Positions 16,767 through 25,737 of a stretch of 64,000 nt of DNA are shown here, piece after piece (position 1 is the first letter of the stretch; each line of letters starts with the position of its first letter). The translations under genes and the position numbers were made by a program. This DNA comes from an uncultured Flavobacterium sp. (GTDB lineage Bacteria; Bacteroidota; Bacteroidia; Flavobacteriales; Flavobacteriaceae): contig CAZSOC010000001.1 in assembly GCA_964608415.1 (NCBI GenBank), positions 174,083-238,082 on the forward strand, written 5' to 3'. Under the pieces are notes generated by a model. The model was not told the DNA's origin. It did not search any database and saw only the letters and a program-made list of their open reading frames with translations.

Positions 16767-19454
16767 ATGCAAAAAAATATCTTTATTGTCGTGTTCTTTT
16801 TATTCGGGATTTTAGCAAAAGCCCAAAGTGTGAAACTTGAAGGATTCGTAGTAGACGAATCGGCTTTACCTCTTGAAATGGCAAATGTTATGGTAATAAA
16901 CGAGTCTACCAAAGCTATGGACGGATATTCTATTACCAATGACAAAGGCCGTTATCTTCTGAATTTAAAAGCCAATACAACTTACCTGATCAAAGTGAGT
17001 TACATTGGGTTTGTCCCTTTTGAAGAAACTATAAATACGTCAACAGAGAATATTTCAAAGAACATTATTCTTAAAGAAGGTTTAGAACTGGAAGGAATTG
17101 AGATTGTGCATGAAATGCCCGTTTCTATAAAAGGAGATACGATAGTTTACAACGCAGATTCTTTTACTACAGGTACAGAAAGAAAACTCGAAGATGTGCT
17201 CAAAAAACTTCCGGGAGTTGAAGTTAATGCCGATGGAGAAGTAGAAGTAGAAGGGAAAGTAGTACACAAACTAATGGTTGAAGGAAAAGATTTCTTTGAT
17301 GGAGATACCAAATTGGGAGTAAAAAATATTCCGGCAGATGCAATTGATAAAGTTCAGATCCTGAGAAATTATAACGAGATAGATCAAATGAAAGGGTTAG
17401 GAAACGACCAGGATAATATCGCAATGAATATTAAGCTCAAAGAAGGTAAAAAGAATTTTTGGTTTGGAGATATTAGTGCAGGAATTGGTGTTGCTCATAA
17501 AGAAGAACGATATATTGTAAACCCGAAATTGTTCTATTACAATCCAACATACAGTATCAATCTGATCACTAATTTCAACAATATAGGAGAACTGCCTCTT
17601 ACGATTCAGGATTATTTTAAAATGACGGGAGGATTTAGAAACATGATGTCCAAAGGAGGTTCTAGAATTAATATTGCTTCGAACGATTTGGGGATTATGA
17701 TGATGAGGAACAATCGTGCAAAAGAAATAGAAACCCGTTTTGGTGCCGGAAATTTTTCTTATAATGTAAATAAATCATGGCGTTTGAGCGGTTTCGGAAT
17801 TCTCTCTTCTTCTACTACAGAAATGGAAACGATATCACAATCTAAAATTTTAGATCAGGATGTAGAACAAAAAAGTACTTCTTCGTCTGTTGTAAAATCT
17901 ACTTTGGCAATGTCAAAATTAAGTTCCAGTTATAAGCCAAACACTTCCGTTCAGCTGGATTATGATGTGATGTTTAAAACCTCAAAGCAAGACGAAATGA
18001 CCCATCTGGACAGAACGGTTATCAATGCAGGAAATGCGGATGAGGAAAATATTTTGACGCAGAAAAACCAAAAACCGGTAAGTGTAACCCAAAATGCGAG
18101 TTTGTATTATACGATCAATGATAAAAATATTGTAACAGCAGAGTTGCAGCATTTATACCAAAACGAGGATCCGTTCTATAATGCAGATATGAAAACCGCA
18201 CCGTTTGATCTTTCAGGATACAATTTTTTACAAGCCAGAAACAATATCAATCAGGAACGTTTTGTGCAAACCAACAAGATCGATACAAAAATTGATTATT
18301 ATTATGTATTGACCAACAAAAGCAATATTAATTTTACTTTAGGAAATACGTATTCTCATCAAGGATTTAATTCTAATATTTTTCAGGTTCTGGATAATGG
18401 AAATGTAAATAATCTTGACGATACAGAGAATCAAAACAATGTTCGTTACGATTTTACAGATACATTTTTAGGGGTTCATTATAAAATTTTAACCGGGAAA
18501 TTTACCATAACTCCGGGGCTTAATTTTCATCAGTTTTCTATGAAAAACGAGCAGTTAGGAACAGTGTCCAAAGAAAATTTCAATAGAATTCTGCCGGATT
18601 TGAATATCATTTATCAAATCAAAAAATCAGAATCACTCACTTACGATTTTGCTTATACGAATAATTTTACCGATATTAATCAATTGGCAGAAGGTTATCT
18701 GTTTTCCGGATACCACAGTTTGTTTAAAGGAAATCGTAATTTAGAAAACTCAACGGCAATTACACACTCCTTGAGGTATTTCAAATTTAATATGTTCAAT
18801 CAGGAAAATATTTTTGCATATATCAACTATTCAAAAACACAGGATGCAATAAAAACCAATGCAGTTTTTGACGGAATCAATCAATCGTCAACGCCGTTTA
18901 ATTCTAATTTTGAAGATCAGTCCTTTACAGCATCTGCAAATTACGGAAGATCTATTTTCAGAAAACTTAAAGGAAATGTGGGCGCATCGGTAAACTGGAT
19001 GAGATACAACAACATCAGAAATTCAGAATATATTGCAGTAGAATCGCTTTTACAAAATTATACCGGGAAATTATCTACCAATTTCAGGTCGTTTCCTAAT
19101 CTCGAATTCGGATATACTTTTTCTGTAAACGATTACGCAGACAATCAGTTTTATACTCACAAACCATTTGCAAGTCTGGATTATTATTTCTTAGACGGAT
19201 TTAGTTTTAAAACAGATTATGAATTTTATAATTATTCGAACAAAGAAAAAACAGTAAAGAACCAGTATGATTTTCTTTCTGCAAGTTTTGCATATCAAAA
19301 GAAAGGCGGAAAATGGGAATACAGAATCTCAGGGACCAATTTGCTTAACACCAGATCACTCAATAATGATAGTTTTACCCAGTTCGTTACTAATACTTCA
19401 CAATATCGTGTACAGCCGCGTTATGTAATTTTAAGTTTGAAGTATAATATTTAA
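16767..19454 (+). CDS. Outer-membrane beta-barrel protein with N-terminal carboxypeptidase-regulatory-like and plug-like domains
   Basis: Signal peptide ...AKAQ; GFVVD...ANVMV...GRY...YLIKVSYIGF N-domain; IKGDTIVYNADSF...LEDVLKKLPGVEV plug-like segment; amphipathic strands ending LSLKYNI. Confidence 0.8.
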   Translation: MQKNIFIVVFFLFGILAKAQSVKLEGFVVDESALPLEMANVMVINESTKAMDGYSITNDKGRYLLNLKANTTYLIKVSYIGFVPFEETINTSTENISKNIILKEGLELEGIEIVHEMPVSIKGDTIVYNADSFTTGTERKLEDVLKKLPGVEVNADGEVEVEGKVVHKLMVEGKDFFDGDTKLGVKNIPADAIDKVQILRNYNEIDQMKGLGNDQDNIAMNIKLKEGKKNFWFGDISAGIGVAHKEERYIVNPKLFYYNPTYSINLITNFNNIGELPLTIQDYFKMTGGFRNMMSKGGSRINIASNDLGIMMMRNNRAKEIETRFGAGNFSYNVNKSWRLSGFGILSSSTTEMETISQSKILDQDVEQKSTSSSVVKSTLAMSKLSSSYKPNTSVQLDYDVMFKTSKQDEMTHLDRTVINAGNADEENILTQKNQKPVSVTQNASLYYTINDKNIVTAELQHLYQNEDPFYNADMKTAPFDLSGYNFLQARNNINQERFVQTNKIDTKIDYYYVLTNKSNINFTLGNTYSHQGFNSNIFQVLDNGNVNNLDDTENQNNVRYDFTDTFLGVHYKILTGKFTITPGLNFHQFSMKNEQLGTVSKENFNRILPDLNIIYQIKKSESLTYDFAYTNNFTDINQLAEGYLFSGYHSLFKGNRNLENSTAITHSLRYFKFNMFNQENIFAYINYSKTQDAIKTNAVFDGINQSSTPFNSNFEDQSFTASANYGRSIFRKLKGNVGASVNWMRYNNIRNSEYIAVESLLQNYTGKLSTNFRSFPNLEFGYTFSVNDYADNQFYTHKPFASLDYYFLDGFSFKTDYEFYNYSNKEKTVKNQYDFLSASFAYQKKGGKWEYRISGTNLLNTRSLNNDSFTQFVTNTSQYRVQPRYVILSLKYNI

Positions 19455-19543
19455 GGAATAAAAAGGGACGTATAAATGAGTTGACTGCAAGTTTACATCA
19501 CAATTCTGCTAAAATGAAAATTAATCTCATAAAAAATAATCAA

Positions 19544-20038
19544 ATGGAAGCAAATTCGACAGACAAAAAAAAATTTCAACTTACCGAAAACGGACAACAA
19601 TTAGGAGAGCTGATTTACGAAAATGTATTTTTCCTTAAAGCAGAAATTAAACTGTCAAATTCAGAACTGTATGAACTTGCTCCAGTTGGTTTTTTTGGAA
19701 CAAGCATTGCAGTAACCAAAAACGGAGAAGAAATAGCAAGTTTAGTGATGAATTGGCGTGGACAAATTGTAATTACTTTTCAAGGCGGACAAGAAGTTGT
19801 TATAAAATTGATTGAATTATTCAACAATAAATTCATTATTGAAAATAAAGACCAAGAAAAGTTAATTCAACTTGAACTGAAATTTAATTGGAGAGAGTTC
19901 CATTATAATTACAATATTACATACGACATCACAAATGATAATATACCTAAGGATAATTTATTACTACTACTGGGTGTATATGCTGCCAACTATTTTGTAG
20001 CCACTATGGCAGGAGCTAACGCAGGAATGATGTATTAA
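19544..20038 (+). CDS. Hypothetical protein
   Basis: Open frame 19481-20038; ATG at 19544 (MEANSTDKK) preferred. Beta-rich with a C-terminal hydrophobic helix LLLLLGVYAANYF; family not recognised. Confidence 0.65.
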   Translation: MEANSTDKKKFQLTENGQQLGELIYENVFFLKAEIKLSNSELYELAPVGFFGTSIAVTKNGEEIASLVMNWRGQIVITFQGGQEVVIKLIELFNNKFIIENKDQEKLIQLELKFNWREFHYNYNITYDITNDNIPKDNLLLLLGVYAANYFVATMAGANAGMMY

Positions 20039-20040
20039 AC

Positions 20041-20241
20041 AACGAACCACCAATATCGGTTTTGTGATAGGCGGGTATGTACTTCTATGAAAAGTCATGA
20101 TTATTTAATAGTTATACCAACAGTAACACCAACTAAATCTATAGAAAGCGAATAATAAACAAACCCAATAAAAATGGGCAGCAGAAACTTTCAGCTTCGA
20201 TTTTCCGCCACTTCCCCCAAGTTATCAGAACATTAGACAAC
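20041..20241 (+). repeat. attC-like intergenic element E1
   Basis: Starts 2 nt after the stop: AACGAACCACCAAT-ATCGGTTTTGTGATAGGCGGG...TTCGATTTTCCGCCACTTCCCCCAAGTTATCAGAACATTAGACAAC; GGCGG/CCGCC arms are complementary. Confidence 0.5.
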
Positions 20242-20265
20242 AGTATTTTAGAAACTCAATAATGT

Positions 20266-20302
20266 AAAAAATGCGAGATTTTAATTAAATCTCGCATTTT
20301 TT
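20266..20302. promoter_or_regulatory. Perfect 16-bp inverted repeat upstream of the Fic gene
   Basis: AAAAAATGCGAGATTT-TAATT-AAATCTCGCATTTTTT, immediately before a -7 box TATTTTTG at 20305-20312. Could be an operator and/or a terminator. Confidence 0.6.
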
Positions 20303-20337
20303 TGTATTTTTGAATCAATAATTATAATAACTCTAAA

Positions 20338-21636
20338 ATGATTGAACAGGCTCCCAAACCCGAGGAAAACGAACAAACTATTCCATTGATGGTAAAATAT
20401 CAAATGGATGGTTCTTTAAAAAAAATACAAGATGAATATCTGTATTGGGACAAAATCAAATATAAAGCGGAAAACTGTACTCCTATAGAGCTTTGGAGTG
20501 CATTAAAACTATTCAGAAGGTTAAGAAGAAACGAAGTCGGATTTGGAACACATAAGTTTTATTATGTGATAACGGATTATATGCAAAGAGCATTACACCA
20601 ATTTGATATGCATATCGGAGGTACATTGGGAAGTAATATAGGTATTGCCGAAACAGATAAAACTAAATTCATCATCAGTTCTATTATGGAAGAAGCTATT
20701 TCGAGTAGTCAAATGGAAGGAGCAAGCACTACAAGAAAAAAAGCTAAAGAAATGATTCAGCAGGAAAAAAAACCGAAGAATAAATCTGAACAAATGATTA
20801 TGAATAACTTCATAACAATGAAGCATATTGTCCAGCATAAAAATGAAGATTTAACGGTTGAAAACCTATTATATATTCATAAACTTATTACCAACAAGAC
20901 CTTAGAAGATTCAGAAGATGAGGGGCAATTCAGAGAAAATGATGATGTACACGTAATTAATCATTCAAATAGCGAAATTGTCCATACGCCTCCATTGAAA
21001 GAAGATCTCAATAATCTTATTAAAGATTTATGTGCTTTTTTCAATACAGATGGTTCAGATTTTATTCATCCAATCATTAAAGGTTGCATAATTCATTTTA
21101 TGATGGGTTGGATACATCCATTTTCTGATGGAAATGGCCGCACAGCAAGAGCAGTATTTTATTGGTATATGCTTAAAAAAGGATATTGGCTAACCGAATA
21201 TTTATCAATTTCACGGATTATTAAGGATACAAAATCACAGTATGAAAAAGCCTATATGTATTCAGAAGCAGATGATAACGATTTAAGTTACTTTATAACT
21301 TACCACATTAAGACTATGGAAAAAGCATTTGATGCCTTAAAAGAATATATCAACCGTAAACAAAAAGAAGTATTTCAAGCTGCAAAATTTATGAAAATTC
21401 CCGGAGTGAATGATAGAATGGCTCAACTATTAAAAATAATCCACGATGATTCTGATAGAATATTCAATATTAAAGAAATTGAAGCAAGATTTAATGTTTC
21501 GAATTACACAGCGAGAACTGATTTAAAAACTTTAGTTGAATTAGGCTTTTTAGAAATTATTCAAGTGAATCAGAAAAAGCAAAATTTCATTAAATCTCAA
21601 AACTTCGAAAAAGTTTTAAAGAAATACTTGATGTAA
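20338..21636 (+). CDS. Fic family AMP-transferase with C-terminal winged HTH
   Basis: Canonical HPFSDGNGRTAR; upstream SSQMEG matches the (S/T)xxxE(G/N) inhibitory motif; C-terminal FNIKEIEARFNVSNYTARTDLKTLVELGFL. Confidence 0.92.
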   Translation: MIEQAPKPEENEQTIPLMVKYQMDGSLKKIQDEYLYWDKIKYKAENCTPIELWSALKLFRRLRRNEVGFGTHKFYYVITDYMQRALHQFDMHIGGTLGSNIGIAETDKTKFIISSIMEEAISSSQMEGASTTRKKAKEMIQQEKKPKNKSEQMIMNNFITMKHIVQHKNEDLTVENLLYIHKLITNKTLEDSEDEGQFRENDDVHVINHSNSEIVHTPPLKEDLNNLIKDLCAFFNTDGSDFIHPIIKGCIIHFMMGWIHPFSDGNGRTARAVFYWYMLKKGYWLTEYLSISRIIKDTKSQYEKAYMYSEADDNDLSYFITYHIKTMEKAFDALKEYINRKQKEVFQAAKFMKIPGVNDRMAQLLKIIHDDSDRIFNIKEIEARFNVSNYTARTDLKTLVELGFLEIIQVNQKKQNFIKSQNFEKVLKKYLM

Positions 21637-21712
21637 AAAACAACAAGGTTTGGATTAAACTGAACTTTTTTTCGATTTTCCACCCTCTCCAAGCTGCTGG
21701 GACGAATAGAGG
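21637..21712 (+). repeat. Degenerate attC-like element E2 after the Fic gene
   Basis: AAAACAAC-AAGGTTTGG...TTCGATTTTCCACCCTCTCCAAGCTGCTGGGACG; shares TTCGATTTTCC (21671-21681) with E1 (20196-20206); GGTTTGG/CCAAGCT arms are near-complementary. Confidence 0.45.
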
Positions 21713-21790
21713 AATAGCGGAAAAATTTATATTTTTATGTTCAAACTTTAAAATTAGCTATTAAAACAATAATTATTAATAATTTTTTGC

Positions 21791-21798
21791 TAAATTTG
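21791..21798 (+). promoter_or_regulatory. -7 promoter box
   Basis: TAAATTTG 26 nt before the ATG at 21824. Confidence 0.55.
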
Positions 21799-21823
21799 AG
21801 AATAATCAAAAATCCCAAATTTT

Positions 21824-22168
21824 ATGAATTTAATTATCAGAATTTTAATTACGGCAATATTAGTATTATTAATTTCTAATTTTTTGCCGGGCGTAACAGT
21901 TGAGAACTTTACAACTTCAATAATTATTGCTGTAGTTTTAGGGTTGCTCAATATATTTATAAAACCAATATTGGTCATTTTTACATTGCCCGTTACTATT
22001 ATTACTTTAGGATTATTTTTATTGGTAATCAACGCATTGATTATTATGTTGTGTGCAAAACTGGTCACCGGATTCGGAGTAGAAAGCTTCTGGACGGCTT
22101 TGTTTTTCAGTATAATTCTATCCGTATTACAATCACTTGCATATTCAATTACGGGCGGGACAAAATAA
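21824..22168 (+). CDS. Four-TM membrane protein, YvlD/holin-superfamily-IV-like
   Basis: 114 aa, four hydrophobic segments, LNIFIKPIL..TLP.TI.TLGLFLLVINA pattern. Confidence 0.8.
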   Translation: MNLIIRILITAILVLLISNFLPGVTVENFTTSIIIAVVLGLLNIFIKPILVIFTLPVTIITLGLFLLVINALIIMLCAKLVTGFGVESFWTALFFSIILSVLQSLAYSITGGTK

Positions 22169-22282
22169 GAACTACAAAAAGTTTACATTTCAATGTTAAT
22201 TGTTTGATAATACAATAATTTAAAACTTGTTTGGGTTGCAAAAAAATTATACTTTTGCAACCCAATTTTATGATGTAAACAA

Positions 22283-23608
22283 ATGAATATTACTAGAAAA
22301 AATATTGATGCTCTGAATGCAGTGTTGACTTTAAGTGTTGCAAAGGACGATTATGCTCCAAAAGTGGAAAAACTTTTGAAAAATTACCAAAAAAACGCAG
22401 TAATTCCAGGATTTAGAAAAGGAGCCGTTCCTTATAAAATGATCGAAAAACAATACGGTAAAGCAGTATTGCTGGAAGAAGTAAACAAAATTATTCAGGA
22501 AGAATTGAATAATTATTTAAAAGAAGAAAAAATCGATATTTTAGGAAATCCACTTCCCGTTGCACAAGATAATTTCAATTGGGATGCAGACGATTTTCAA
22601 TTTGAATTCGAATTGGGATTAACACCACAATTCGATATTAATATTGAGGAGATAAAAAATGTAACCCAATACAAAATTATTGCAGACGATAAACTATTGG
22701 AAGAACAAGTAGCCAGAATTCAAAAACAATACGGAAAGATGGCTTCCAAAGATGTTTTCGAAAAAGGGAACGATGTATCAGGAACGTTTGCCAACGAAGA
22801 AAAAGGAATTGATGCACCAGCTCAGTTCTCTTGCGATATATTCAAATCAAAAGACACAGAAAAATTATTTATCGGAAAAAAAGTTGGGGATGTAATTACC
22901 CTGAAGACAAAAGGATTATTTGACGATGATCACCAATTGATGGATTATCTGAAAATTGGACACGATGATGTTCACGGATTGGATATTGAAGTAAACTTTA
23001 CAATCAACGGAATCACAGAAACAGAACCTGCAGAACTTACTCAGGAATTGTTTGACAAATTATTTGGAGAAGGAAAAGTATCTTCTGTTGAAGAGATCAA
23101 ACAAAACATCAAAGAAGACGCAGAGAGACAATTTGAAGGTCAATCCAACCAAAAATTCCTGAATGATGTTGTAGATGAATTATTGAAAAATACCCAATTC
23201 GAATTGCCATCTACATTCTTAAAAAAATGGATTCAGACAGTCGGAGAAACTCCGCTTACTCCGGAACAGGCCGAAGAAGAATTTGAAAAATCAGAAAAAG
23301 GCTTAAGATATCAATTGATTGAAGGAAAAGTAATGAGTGAAAACAATTTGCAAATTACTTTTGATGAACTGAAAGAATTTACTGCCGAAATGATTAAAAA
23401 ACAAATGGCTCAATTCGGACAAATGAATCCTACAGATGAAGATGTTCAGGGAATTGTAGCTCGTGTAATATCTAATCAGGATGAAGTAAAAAGACTTTCT
23501 GATCAGGTAATGAGCGAAAAAATGTTAAACTTGTACAAAGAAAAAGTAAAATCTAAAGTGAAAGAAGTAACTTACCAGGAGTTTGTTAACGCTTCATACG
23601 GAGAATAA
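22283..23608 (+). CDS. tig: Trigger factor
   Basis: Ribosome-binding motif IPGFRKGAVP; 441 aa; upstream of clpP-clpX. Confidence 0.95.
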   Translation: MNITRKNIDALNAVLTLSVAKDDYAPKVEKLLKNYQKNAVIPGFRKGAVPYKMIEKQYGKAVLLEEVNKIIQEELNNYLKEEKIDILGNPLPVAQDNFNWDADDFQFEFELGLTPQFDINIEEIKNVTQYKIIADDKLLEEQVARIQKQYGKMASKDVFEKGNDVSGTFANEEKGIDAPAQFSCDIFKSKDTEKLFIGKKVGDVITLKTKGLFDDDHQLMDYLKIGHDDVHGLDIEVNFTINGITETEPAELTQELFDKLFGEGKVSSVEEIKQNIKEDAERQFEGQSNQKFLNDVVDELLKNTQFELPSTFLKKWIQTVGETPLTPEQAEEEFEKSEKGLRYQLIEGKVMSENNLQITFDELKEFTAEMIKKQMAQFGQMNPTDEDVQGIVARVISNQDEVKRLSDQVMSEKMLNLYKEKVKSKVKEVTYQEFVNASYGE

Positions 23609-23632
23609 TTTCAAAGAAAAATCATTATATTT

Positions 23633-23667
23633 GAGCGTCAAAATAAACTTTTGACGCTCTTTTATTT
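23633..23667 (+). terminator. tig terminator overlapping a clpP -7 box
   Basis: GAGCGTCAAAA-TAAAC-TTTTGACGCTC then TTTTATTT; TATATTTG at 23626-23633 abuts the stem. Confidence 0.7.
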
Positions 23668-23727
23668 CTGAAAAAAAAATCAATTTTTGTATAGAATTCA
23701 CTCTTTTAATTTTTAATAAATCAAAAA

Positions 23728-24399
23728 ATGAACTACGGTAAAGAATTTAAAAAGTTTGCCACCAAAAGCCAGGGGGTAAACGCATTATATTATGATAAAA
23801 TTGTTGGAGCAATGACTCCAACATCCATGACTCCCTATATCATCGAAGAAAGACAATTGAATGTCTCTCAGTTGGATGTATTTTCCCGTTTGATGATGGA
23901 TAGAATTATCTTTTTAGGAACCGGAATTGATGATCAAATTGCCAACATCGTACAAGCTCAATTATTATTTTTAGAAAGTGCAGATGCTTCCAAAGATATT
24001 CAGATCTATATCAATTCTCCCGGAGGAAGTGTTTATGCAGGTTTAGGGATTTACGATACAATGCAATATATTAAACCCGATGTAGCAACAATCTGTACGG
24101 GAATGGCTGCATCTATGGGGGCAGTTTTGTTATGTGCCGGAGCAGCAGGAAAACGTTCTGCATTGCCTCATTCCAGAGTTATGATCCATCAGCCCTCCGG
24201 AGGAGCCCAAGGAGTTGCAACAGATATGGAAATCAATCTTCGTGAAATGTTGAAGCTGAAAGATGAACTGTATAAAATCATTTCAACCCATTCCGGACAA
24301 TCTTTTGAAAGAGTTCATCAGGATAGCGAAAGAGATTATTGGATGATTGCAGATGAGGCAAAAGAATACGGAATGATTGATGAAGTATTGAGAAGATAA
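23728..24399 (+). CDS. clpP: ATP-dependent Clp protease proteolytic subunit
   Basis: YINSPGG, GMAASMG (catalytic Ser), MIHQP, ERDYW motifs. Confidence 0.97.
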   Translation: MNYGKEFKKFATKSQGVNALYYDKIVGAMTPTSMTPYIIEERQLNVSQLDVFSRLMMDRIIFLGTGIDDQIANIVQAQLLFLESADASKDIQIYINSPGGSVYAGLGIYDTMQYIKPDVATICTGMAASMGAVLLCAGAAGKRSALPHSRVMIHQPSGGAQGVATDMEINLREMLKLKDELYKIISTHSGQSFERVHQDSERDYWMIADEAKEYGMIDEVLRR

Positions 24400-24466
24400 A
24401 TCCGTCAGAAATCTTAAAGTTTAAGCCTTTGCTTACGTTATGATTTTATGACTTTAGACTAAAAAA

Positions 24467-25699
24467 ATGGCAAAAGAAGTATTAGAATGTTCGTTTTGTG
24501 GAAGAAGAAAGCCGGAAACCGATTTGTTGATTGCAGGAATTAATGCGCATATTTGTGACAATTGTATAGAACAAGCACATGGAATTGTTGTTGAAGAATT
24601 GAAAACGAATAAACTCAAAAAAAACAATTCAAAATTAGAATTAAAAAAGCCCAAAGATATCCGTGCTTTCCTGGATCAGTATGTTATTGGTCAGGATCAA
24701 ACTAAAAAAGTAATGGCAGTTGCTGTTTATAATCATTACAAAAGATTAATGCAGCAACAACTCGATGATGAGGTTGAAATCGAGAAAAGTAACATTATTA
24801 TGGTTGGACAAACAGGAACAGGGAAAACACTGGTCGCAAAATCTATAGCTAAAATGCTCGATGTGCCCTTAGCAATTGTAGATGCTACAGTTTTAACAGA
24901 AGCGGGTTACGTAGGAGAAGATGTAGAAAGTATTCTCACAAGATTATTACAAGCGGCAGATTATGATGTAGAAAAAGCAGAAAGAGGAATTGTTTTTATT
25001 GATGAAATAGACAAAATTGCCCGTAAGAGTGATAATCCGTCAATAACCAGAGATGTTTCAGGAGAAGGAGTACAGCAAGCACTTTTAAAATTATTGGAAG
25101 GAACTGTTGTAAATGTTCCGCCAAAGGGAGGAAGAAAACATCCGGACCAGAAATTTGTTGAAGTAAATACTCAGAATATTCTGTTTATTGCCGGAGGAGC
25201 TTTTGATGGTGTCGAAAAAATCATTTCAAAAAGATTGAACCGTCAGGCTGTAGGATACAGTACTTCTAAAAATGCAGACAATATAGACAAAGATAATTTA
25301 CTTCAGTATATTATTCCGAAGGACATTAAAGATTTTGGATTGATCCCTGAGATTATAGGTCGTCTGCCGGTGCTTACTTATATGGATCCATTAGACAAAA
25401 CTACTTTGAGAGCGATTCTTACAGAACCTAAAAATGCATTGATTAAACAGTATATGAAGTTATTTCAAATCGATGAAGTTGATTTTTCGATTTCAGATGA
25501 AGCACTTGATTTTATAGTGGATAAAGCATTGGAATATAAATTAGGAGCAAGAGGATTGAGGTCTTTATGCGAGGCTATTTTAACCGATGCAATGTATGAA
25601 TTACCAAGTACAGAAGAAAAAAATCTACATATAGATTTAGAATATGCACAAGAAACATTGAATAAAAATTTACTCAAACGTTTAGAGATTGCATCTTAA
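24467..25699 (+). CDS. clpX: ATP-dependent Clp protease ATP-binding subunit
   Basis: Zn finger CSFCG...ICDNC, Walker [36 protein letters not shown]. Confidence 0.97.
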   Translation: MAKEVLECSFCGRRKPETDLLIAGINAHICDNCIEQAHGIVVEELKTNKLKKNNSKLELKKPKDIRAFLDQYVIGQDQTKKVMAVAVYNHYKRLMQQQLDDEVEIEKSNIIMVGQTGTGKTLVAKSIAKMLDVPLAIVDATVLTEAGYVGEDVESILTRLLQAADYDVEKAERGIVFIDEIDKIARKSDNPSITRDVSGEGVQQALLKLLEGTVVNVPPKGGRKHPDQKFVEVNTQNILFIAGGAFDGVEKIISKRLNRQAVGYSTSKNADNIDKDNLLQYIIPKDIKDFGLIPEIIGRLPVLTYMDPLDKTTLRAILTEPKNALIKQYMKLFQIDEVDFSISDEALDFIVDKALEYKLGARGLRSLCEAILTDAMYELPSTEEKNLHIDLEYAQETLNKNLLKRLEIAS

Positions 25700-25705
25700 A
25701 TTTTT

Positions 25706-25737
25706 AAAAATCCCGATAGATTTGTCGGGATTTTTTT
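25706..25737. terminator. Bidirectional terminator (AAATCCCG hairpin family)
   Basis: AAAAATCCCGATA-GATT-TGTCGGGATTTTTTT between convergent clpX and GH3 genes. Confidence 0.85.

Larger units (their letters stand above)
19455..21720 (+). mobile_element. Putative two-cassette accessory islet (hypothetical gene + Fic) bounded by attC-like elements
   Basis: GTTGACTGCAAG at 19479-19490 before gene 1; related inverted-repeat elements at 20041-20241 and 21637-21712 directly after each stop codon. No integrase in the window. Confidence 0.45.

Noticed and set aside
21824-22168. Holin-like gene as a sign of a prophage
   Set aside because: No endolysin, structural or integrase genes nearby; this family is commonly chromosomal next to core genes such as tig.
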